DNA of 64,000 nucleotides from a plasmid: sequence record NZ_CP039562.1; one strand, 5' to 3'. Shown piece by piece: positions 54,782 to 64,000 of this stretch (position 1 is its first letter; each line of letters starts with the position of its first letter). The notes under the pieces were generated by a model. It saw only the letters and a program-made list of their open reading frames with translations, ran no database searches and was not told where the DNA came from. The position numbers and the translations under genes were made by a program.

Positions 54782-55489
54782 TCAGGAGCTGGCTGCACAA
54801 CAGCCATTACGCCCAATCAACTGGTGCAGTCGTCTTCTGAAAATGACATCCATGCCCAGCCCGTGCGCGAGCTGGATCACCGCCCGCACGATAGTTTGGT
54901 CACGGGCATCATCCGGGAGCCTGGCGACAAAGGATTGGTCGATTTTCAATGTGGTGATGGGGCAGCATTTCAGATGTTGCAGGCAGGAATAGCCGGTGCC
55001 GAAGTCGTCGGCGGCGAAGCGCACGCCGATGGCGCGCAAGGCGTCGAAACTGGCGAACAGGGCTGGATTGCCGAATGCGACCGATTCGGTCAGTTCGATC
55101 TCCAGAAGCTCGGCGGGCAGGGCCATATCGGCCAGCACCCGCTTTACCTCGTCGTCGAACGTTGGCCCAACCTGGCTGGCGGACACATTGATGGCAAGAC
55201 GGAACGGTTGCCATGCCGGTCCTTGCCACTTGTGCATCTGGCGACAGGCCTCGCCCAGCACCCACGCGCCTATTTCCGGCATCAGGCCGAACGACTCGGC
55301 CAGCGGCAGGAACTGGCCGGGCGGCAACAGGCCAAGCCTCGGATGCCGCCAGCGCATCAACGCTTCCGCGCCAGCGATCCGGTGATCGCGCAGATCGACC
55401 AGCGGCTGGTAATGCAGGTCAAGCTGTCCGCGCGCCGCCGCCTGCGCCAACTCGGCCGCCGTCCATCCGGCGGGCTGCGAACTCGTCAT
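54782..55489 (-). CDS. urf2: Urf2 (EAL-domain protein of the Tn21 mer module)
   Basis: From [35 protein letters not shown]...EIELTE... with EAL-domain motifs. Overlaps the merE stop (ATGA). Confidence 0.8.
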   Translation of the reverse strand: MTSSQPAGWTAAELAQAAARGQLDLHYQPLVDLRDHRIAGAEALMRWRHPRLGLLPPGQFLPLAESFGLMPEIGAWVLGEACRQMHKWQGPAWQPFRLAINVSASQVGPTFDDEVKRVLADMALPAELLEIELTESVAFGNPALFASFDALRAIGVRFAADDFGTGYSCLQHLKCCPITTLKIDQSFVARLPDDARDQTIVRAVIQLAHGLGMDVIFRRRLHQLIGRNGCCAASS

Positions 55490-55722
55490 GATCCGCCCCG
55501 GAAGGCGCGCAGCAGCCGCGTTACGGCCAGAACGAACAAGCCGGTCAGCGCGAGCGCGGCAACACCCCAATGCTCGCCAAGGAAGGCACCGGCGGTCGTC
55601 CCGGCCAGCACGGCGGCGAGAATCGGCAGATGGCAGGGGCAGGTCAACACGGCCAGCGCACCCCACAGGTAGCCGGAAACGGGTTGGCGCGTCTCGGGCG
55701 GCAGTTTGTCAGGGGCGTTCAC
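55486..55722 (-). CDS. merE: MerE
   Basis: (V/M)[77 protein letters not shown], 78 aa, two TM helices, with a probable GTG start. Confidence 0.8.
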   Translation of the reverse strand: MNAPDKLPPETRQPVSGYLWGALAVLTCPCHLPILAAVLAGTTAGAFLGEHWGVAALALTGLFVLAVTRLLRAFRGGS

Positions 55723-56081
55723 GGCAATGCCTCCTCGTGCGCCCGCTCGGCTGGCATGGAGGCCAGTTGCGCGTCCAGATGGGCCAACGCCGCGCGCCGC
55801 CGCTCGACCAACTGGCGCAGCACGGCAAGCTGCGCTGCGGCTTGTGCGCCGTCCGCTGCGTCGAGCGCACGGCACAGCCGCGCCAGGGCATCCAGGCCGA
55901 TACCCGCCTCGAAGGCCGCGCGCACGAAGCACAGCCGTTGCAAGGCCGCATCGTCGAACACGCCGTAGCCGCCCGTGGTGCAGGCCACCGGCCGTAACAA
56001 GCCGCGCACCAGGTAGTCGCGCACGATATGTACGCTCACCCCAGCGTTATGGGCCAGTTGCGATACCGTGTAGGCGCTCAT
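55719..56081 (-). CDS. merD: MerD (MerR-family co-regulator)
   Basis: [78 protein letters not shown]..., HTH, ~120 aa. Confidence 0.85.
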   Translation of the reverse strand: MSAYTVSQLAHNAGVSVHIVRDYLVRGLLRPVACTTGGYGVFDDAALQRLCFVRAAFEAGIGLDALARLCRALDAADGAQAAAQLAVLRQLVERRRAALAHLDAQLASMPAERAHEEALP

Positions 56082-56098
56082 CGCACACCTCCTTGTCC

Positions 56099-56656
<558 letters not shown>

Positions 56657-56756
56657 TCATGAGATTATCAAAAAGGATCTTCACCTAGATCCTTTTAAAT
56701 TAAAAATGAAGTTTTAAATCAATCTAAAGTATATATGAGTAAACTTGGTCTGACAG

Positions 56757-57629
<873 letters not shown>

Positions 57630-57799
57630 TCAATATTATTGAAGCATTTACCAGGGTTATTGTCTCATGAGCGGATACATATTTGAATGTATTTAGAAAA
57701 ATAAACAAATAGGGGTTCCGCGCACATTTCCCCGAAAAGTGCCACCTGACGTCTAAGAAACCATTATTATCATGACATTAACCTATAAAAATAGGCGTA

Positions 57800-59087
<1,288 letters not shown>

Positions 59088-59290
59088 ATAAAAAGATCCG
59101 AACTTTGTTGGTTCAGTGTGCCAGGGTATTCATACAAAAACTGGAACACCAGTCTGGCAAATTGGCCGATTGGGTCAGGGATTTACTGTGCCGGAAAAGC
59201 AACTTTGTCGTCACTTGTGCTCTGGCAAACAAGCTGGCCAGAATAGCCTGGGCCCTAACGGCACGACAGCAAACTTATGTAGCATAACGG
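59088..59290 (+). pseudogene. C-terminal fragment of an IS110-family transposase (5' part removed at the IS26 boundary)
   Basis: ...VTCALANKLARIAWALTARQQTYVA* resembles the conserved C-terminal helix of IS110/IS1111-family transposases. The ORF begins exactly at the IS26 end. Confidence 0.4.
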
Positions 59291-59691
59291 CAGAAATACA
59301 CCGGTTTAAAGAATTACTGATCTGGTTTTGCGAATACTGATATTGATGATACTAACGGCCCACCGGCCTGTTGAGGAACCTGTAAAACGGAAAGGCTCAT
59401 TGAAGCCGTATATTTTCTGGAGGTTCATCAGGCGCGGAACTCATCAAGGCGCGGGAATAAAATCCCATTCAGACGCCGGATAGATTCAAGCAAGCCAACT
59501 TGTCGTCAAAATCGGTGTTGCAAAAACGGGAGTGACCATAGATTCCGTTTTCTGAGACGACCCCTTGTAGGATTGGCTGTATCTGGGGACACTATAACCG
59601 TCAAAGAAGCCGGTTTGGTGTTGGTCATTGGGGTTATCCTGTGGATCTATGGTATAATCTTAACCAAGGTCAGCAATTCCTAAGGGGGTCA

Positions 59692-59808
59692 AATGGACGC
59701 TTTCACATTAGGCATGTTGGGGTTGCTCATTTTTTTCACTGTCGTCACTGGCGGCAGTCTGTATCTCTACCATGAGAAACAGAAGGAAAAAAAGCATCAC
59801 AACGCCTA
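59692..59808 (+). CDS. 38-aa single-TM micropeptide (MDAFTLGMLGLLIFFTVVTGGSLYLYHEKQKEKKHHNA) followed by a strong terminator
   Basis: RBS aagggggtcaaatg. Terminator aaaggccagcaatagctggccttttttt at 59833-59860. Confidence 0.4.
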
Positions 59809-59878
59809 AAGAGTAACTGCGACAATGAACGTAAAGGCCAGCAATAGCTGGCCTTTTTTTATACTTGCAGTTTGAGGT

Positions 59879-59914
59879 GTTACATGTCACGATAAGGTAA
59901 GTGTGACATGTAAC
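59879..59914. promoter_or_regulatory. Perfect 12-bp inverted repeat with a 12-bp spacer (gttacatgtcac-N12-gtgacatgtaac), candidate operator
   Basis: Read directly. Overlaps the first in-frame start of the RHH-domain gene. Confidence 0.45.
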
Positions 59915-60304
59915 GGAAAAGGTGATTTTTTGAAAGTATCCAATGAAGATGCTCAGGCTACGGCGATCTATCTCCTCAGAGCTGCTTCGCGCCCAGCTTT
60001 CTGGCGTGACGTCCCATTCGATAAGAAACTTGAAGCCGTGGACAGCCTGAACAGCATAGGGCGATCACCATCAGAACTCACTGAATGGATTAATAAATAC
60101 CTGACAGCAGAGCAAATCAATAAACTCGGGACATCAATTAGGCAACGTCGCAGAAGGGGATATGGTGTTGGTAAAAGCATAACTATAAGCGATAAAGCCC
60201 ACAGGATTTTGAAGCGGTTGTCAGAAGTCGATGGTTGCAGTTTGTCAGAAGTGATCGAGAAACGCCTAGCCCGAGCTTATAAAAATACATGGGACCATAA
60301 ATAG
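59903..60304 (+). CDS. Hypothetical protein with C-terminal ribbon-helix-helix-like motif (…KSITISDKAHRILKRLSEVDGCSLSEVIEKRL…); start codon uncertain (GTG 59903 / TTG 59930)
   Basis: ORF downstream of the palindromic operator. CopG/Arc-like beta-strand + two-helix pattern at the C-terminus. Confidence 0.4.
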   Translation: MTCNGKGDFLKVSNEDAQATAIYLLRAASRPAFWRDVPFDKKLEAVDSLNSIGRSPSELTEWINKYLTAEQINKLGTSIRQRRRRGYGVGKSITISDKAHRILKRLSEVDGCSLSEVIEKRLARAYKNTWDHK

Positions 60305-60417
60305 AGTGACACTAGGGGTTGCATTTTTAAAACCCGTGATAGCATCTAAATGAACCCAAACGAATAGGGGGGCTGGCGGCGATGCCGACCATTATCCCGA
60401 CAATGGAGAAATAGACC

Positions 60418-61143
60418 ATGATGACATTGACTACCGTCTCGAAGAAAACTTCAAATAATTCAGCCCTTGTATTCTGGCGCGTTGGTACAAAACGGAAAGG
60501 CATCCTTGATGTCCATATTGATTTTGACCACGAAGAAGCGGATCTTTTGGCTGAGCTCGTAGCCATTCGCTATCTGGCGCTGGACAAACAGGTTTTTTGC
60601 AGAGAGCCAGGTGCTGGTGCTGGTTACAAGCTGGTGGTATCCAAAGGTGCAATCAAGAAGCTGGCGCTGGGCAAATCCACCAAGGCTTTTGCTTTCAAGT
60701 TTGCGGCTTGCCTCACTGGGCGTTTAAAGGGCGCTACTATTGAAGTCTCGCAGAGCATGGAGTTTATGGATGAGCCGGGAGAGGGCAACATTGAGCTCCT
60801 CGATGTGGACAAGCAAGCCTATACCCAGACCCATGACGAAATATCTACACCTGCCATTGGCCCCGTCCTGGTTACTCAACATGCCATCGATCAGTATCAG
60901 GCCCGGATAACCTCTGGAGACCCTAAAAAACCGTGGGCCTCACTTGTTGGCCGCCTCCAGCATCCAGAGTTACAGGTTCAGCCCTTTGACGAGAAAGTGG
61001 CTCGCCATAAAGCCAGAAAGTATGGCCGCGTAGATAACGTGGAAGTCTGGGGCCATAGAGATTCCAAGTTCAAGTACCTGATGGTGATCAACGACGACAA
61101 CCAAAAACGTGTTCTTGTCACAGTGTTTGAGCGAAATGAGTAA
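60418..61143 (+). CDS. Hypothetical 241-aa protein
   Basis: RBS ggagaaatagaccatgatg. No recognisable domain. Upstream of, and co-oriented with, the Rhs gene. Confidence 0.4.
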   Translation: MMTLTTVSKKTSNNSALVFWRVGTKRKGILDVHIDFDHEEADLLAELVAIRYLALDKQVFCREPGAGAGYKLVVSKGAIKKLALGKSTKAFAFKFAACLTGRLKGATIEVSQSMEFMDEPGEGNIELLDVDKQAYTQTHDEISTPAIGPVLVTQHAIDQYQARITSGDPKKPWASLVGRLQHPELQVQPFDEKVARHKARKYGRVDNVEVWGHRDSKFKYLMVINDDNQKRVLVTVFERNE

Positions 61144-61275
61144 CCTGCTTCTCATTTGTTCTGAATACACAACCTCTCCAAATCACGTATTCATACCCTA
61201 AAAGGGCAATAACGCAGTCGTTGATAACGACTCTCCCACCTGAAAATAGCTCCAGCATAAAAACTGGAGCTGTAA

Positions 61276-64000
61276 ATGAGATCGAGACCTTCCCTTTTAC
61301 TGATGCGAAACCTGCGGTCATTGGCCGTTGTGGTGCTCGCAACTTTGCCATGCGTTGCTTTTGCACAATGGCGGGTTGTAGCCGTGAGCACCGAAGTAGA
61401 CAAAATGCGCTTCAACACCATCATAGACGCGCATTCCTTCATGAAGAATTATCGCTCTGGTGAGGAGCAAGGGAAGGGAACGCCAGTTGGGGATGCGCTT
61501 TATCCGGTTGCCAGTTATGGTGATGGCCGTTATGTCTCCAGGATCTGTTTTAAGTATCTAGGTGCTACTGGCGATTATGACCCCACTACCTGCACTGGCG
61601 ACCCAGCTACGGTCTACTGGCGCTCAACCTATGTTCTGCCGGGTGAGATGGATAAAACACCGTTCCTGGACAGGGATCTCGGCTTACCAACAACGACCAT
61701 GTGTGTAGGGAACCCTATCCATCTTGGCACCGGCAACAAGTTCCAGGCTGAACTGGATTATCAAAGCGGAGGCTCCGACCCTTTCACATTCACCAGATAC
61801 TACAATAGCCACCTTCCTGATGAAGAGCTCGGCGGCTGGCGGCATACCTACTCGCGGAGCGTCGAGGTCAACGCCTCGAAGTACGGTGAGAACATGGTTG
61901 TCCTGCACCGGCCAGAAGGGCAACAACTCGCGTTCTACAACTCGTCCTCTGTCTGGGTGCCAACATGGAAAACCGATGATACCTTGACGAAGGATGCTAC
62001 CGGCTGGCGCTACACTCAATCTGACGGGGTAGTCGAGGCCTATGATGAAACCGGACGACTGACCGGCATCGAGAAGCCCAACGGCAATCACATCACCCTG
62101 AGCTATCTGAACGGAGAGCTATCCTCGATCACTGACGGCTTTGGCCGCACCATCCAGTTCCAGTATCAAGATGGCCGCATGGTCAGTGTCACCGATCCTG
62201 CTGGTGGCAGTATTCAGTACCAGTACAACAGCGCTGGCAAGCTGGCGGAAGTGATCTACCAGGACAATACGAGCCGCAGCTATCTCTACGATGACCCGAA
62301 TGCACCGGGTTTGCTCTCTGGGCTGGTGGACGAGAACGGCAACCGTTTCGCCACATGGGGATATGATACTCAGGGGAGAGCGGTTCTAAGCGAACACGCC
62401 GGGGGCGCAGAGAAAACTCAGGTAAGCTACAACGCTGACGGAAGCGTCTCTGTCACCAATGCCCTCGGCCACGTTCAGCGATACACCTACAGTCGCCACA
62501 ATGGGATGCTCAAGCCTGATGTGGTTGAGGGTGCGCCGTGTACCGGCTTTGTGGGCGGCAAGGAAACCTACGTCTACGACAGCAAAGGCCTCGTCTCCAG
62601 CATTACTGACCGCGCTGGGCAGAAGCGCACGTTCACCCATAACGACCGGGGATTGGAAACCACCCAGATAGACCAGGACGGGGGTAAGGTTACGACCGAC
62701 TGGCTTCCTTCCAAGTCGCTCCCGGCAAAAATCACAGAACCAACCAGGATCACTGAGCTCACCTACGACACTCATCTCCGGGTGATAAGCCGCAAGGTCA
62801 CTGATCGCAGCTCGGGCGCTTCCCGGACATGGACCTACACCTATGCCCCTGTTGGTACAGGAAAGCCGAGCCTGTTGGCCTCGGTTGATGGTCCGCGCAC
62901 CGACGTCAGCGATGTTACGACATTTGACTACGATGACCAGGGCAACCTGATCCGGACAACGAACGCGCTGGGGCAGGTGACGCAGTTTGGTGACTACGAC
63001 GCGAACGGTCGCGCCGGGACCATTCAGGGTGTCAATGGTGTAACCCAAACCCTCACCTATGACGCCAGAGGAAGACTTGTCAGCTCCACTGGGCCAGAAG
63101 GAACCACGGTCTACAACTATGATGCTGTGGGCCTCCTGAGTTCGCTGACCAAGCCAAATGGTGCAACCGTCAGCTATGAGTACGACGCTGCACATCGGCT
63201 GGTGGCGGAAACAGATGCACAGGGCAACCGGCGCGAGCTTGAGCTCAATGACCTCGGGAACCCAGTAGAAGAGCGACTGCTCGATGCGCTGGGCCAGACC
63301 CGTTGGATAGAGCGCCGGATCTTCAACGAAATCGGCTGGCTCTCCAGTGTCTCCGACGCCTATAGCAATCAGTCATCGTTTTCCTACGATGTGGTGGCAA
63401 ACCTGATACAGGAGACCAGTCCCTCTGGTAACACACACTCCTACAAGTACGACGGCTTCCATCACCGGACACAAACGACCGATCCCCTCGGGAAGGTCAC
63501 GCAGGTGCTCTACAAGGATACCGGCGATGTTTACCGTGTCTCCGACCCTCGTTCGCGCCTGACCTACTACAGCTACAACGGCTTTGGCGAAGTGACCCAG
63601 GTCCGGAGCCCGGACACCGGCACCACCGACATTACCTATGACGAAGCCGGTAACGTGGCAACGCGCAAAACGGCCAAGGGGCAAACCACAAGCTACAGCT
63701 ATGACGCGCTGAACCGGATCATCGAAACCTCCAGCGATGTCGCTGGCGAATCGCCAATTCTGTACGGGTACGACGAAGCAACCTCACCATACGGCATAGG
63801 CCGCTTGACCTCAGTCGATGATGGCAACGGTGTCCGGAGATTTGGCTACACCCCCGAAGGATGGCTGGCTTACGAAACCTGGGAAACCCACGGGCAGAGC
63901 CTGACTACCCAGTACCAATACGATGGTGCAGGCCTCGTCACGAAGATCACGTATCCCAGTGGCCGTGAGGTCTCCTACACCCGTGACTCAGCCGGTGACG
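61276..64000 (+). CDS. Rhs/YD-repeat protein with N-terminal Sec signal peptide; 3' end beyond the window (≥908 aa shown)
   Basis: ATG 61276 (RBS ggag 7 nt upstream) gives MRSRPSLLLMRNLRSLAVVVLATLPCVAFA|QW... Continuous open frame to 64000 with >20 YD repeats (e.g. QYQDGRMVSVTDPAGGSIQYQYNSAGKLAEVIYQDNTSRSYLYDDPNAPGLLSGLVDENGNRFATWGYDTQGRAV). Not in the ORF track because it has no stop in the window. Confidence 0.85.
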   Translation, partial: MRSRPSLLLMRNLRSLAVVVLATLPCVAFAQWRVVAVSTEVDKMRFNTIIDAHSFMKNYRSGEEQGKGTPVGDALYPVASYGDGRYVSRICFKYLGATGDYDPTTCTGDPATVYWRSTYVLPGEMDKTPFLDRDLGLPTTTMCVGNPIHLGTGNKFQAELDYQSGGSDPFTFTRYYNSHLPDEELGGWRHTYSRSVEVNASKYGENMVVLHRPEGQQLAFYNSSSVWVPTWKTDDTLTKDATGWRYTQSDGVVEAYDETGRLTGIEKPNGNHITLSYLNGELSSITDGFGRTIQFQYQDGRMVSVTDPAGGSIQYQYNSAGKLAEVIYQDNTSRSYLYDDPNAPGLLSGLVDENGNRFATWGYDTQGRAVLSEHAGGAEKTQVSYNADGSVSVTNALGHVQRYTYSRHNGMLKPDVVEGAPCTGFVGGKETYVYDSKGLVSSITDRAGQKRTFTHNDRGLETTQIDQDGGKVTTDWLPSKSLPAKITEPTRITELTYDTHLRVISRKVTDRSSGASRTWTYTYAPVGTGKPSLLASVDGPRTDVSDVTTFDYDDQGNLIRTTNALGQVTQFGDYDANGRAGTIQGVNGVTQTLTYDARGRLVSSTGPEGTTVYNYDAVGLLSSLTKPNGATVSYEYDAAHRLVAETDAQGNRRELELNDLGNPVEERLLDALGQTRWIERRIFNEIGWLSSVSDAYSNQSSFSYDVVANLIQETSPSGNTHSYKYDGFHHRTQTTDPLGKVTQVLYKDTGDVYRVSDPRSRLTYYSYNGFGEVTQVRSPDTGTTDITYDEAGNVATRKTAKGQTTSYSYDALNRIIETSSDVAGESPILYGYDEATSPYGIGRLTSVDDGNGVRRFGYTPEGWLAYETWETHGQSLTTQYQYDGAGLVTKITYPSGREVSYTRDSAGD

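Overview
This window is a segment of an F-like conjugative resistance plasmid; the TraJ/TraY/TraA variants are R100/IncFII-type. Positions 1-10.3 kb hold the leading region: an orphan adenine methyltransferase, ssb, yubL-like, an orf652-size ParB-like gene, psiB, psiA, hok/mok/sok, orf95, orf273, gene X, and two ~640-bp near-identical Frpo/ssi-like structured repeats. An F-type oriT with its nic motif lies at ~10.4 kb. A complete collinear tra/trb operon follows from 10.7 to 43.3 kb: traM, finP, traJ, traY, traA, L, E, K, B, P, trbD, trbG, traV, traR, three unknown ORFs, then traC, trbI, traW, U, trbC, traN, trbE, traF, trbA, traQ, trbB, trbJ, traH, G, S, T, D, I, X and an intact finO. Next is a small variable block (43.4-46.5 kb): a duplicated ~300-bp module flanking a NYN-like gene, a secreted thermonuclease, and a hydrophobic micropeptide gene cut by IS26. 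A mosaic multiresistance/accessory region (46.5-59.1 kb) is built by three IS26 copies. It contains a Tn21-family IR stub, a Tn2/Tn3 tnpA fragment with its IR, a truncated IS1 plus an IS1 fragment, the EcoRII restriction-modification pair, a resolvase stub, a Tn21 remnant (tniA fragment, urf2, merE, merD, merA fragment), and a Tn2 end carrying blaTEM-1 and a tnpR fragment. Beyond the last IS26 (59.1-64 kb) is an uncharacterised block: an IS110-family transposase stub, a 38-aa membrane peptide gene, an RHH-domain gene behind a perfect 12-bp palindrome, a 241-aa unknown, and a long Rhs/YD-repeat protein with a Sec signal peptide that runs off the window. I consider this last block, and the duplicated module after finO, the most novel-looking parts.
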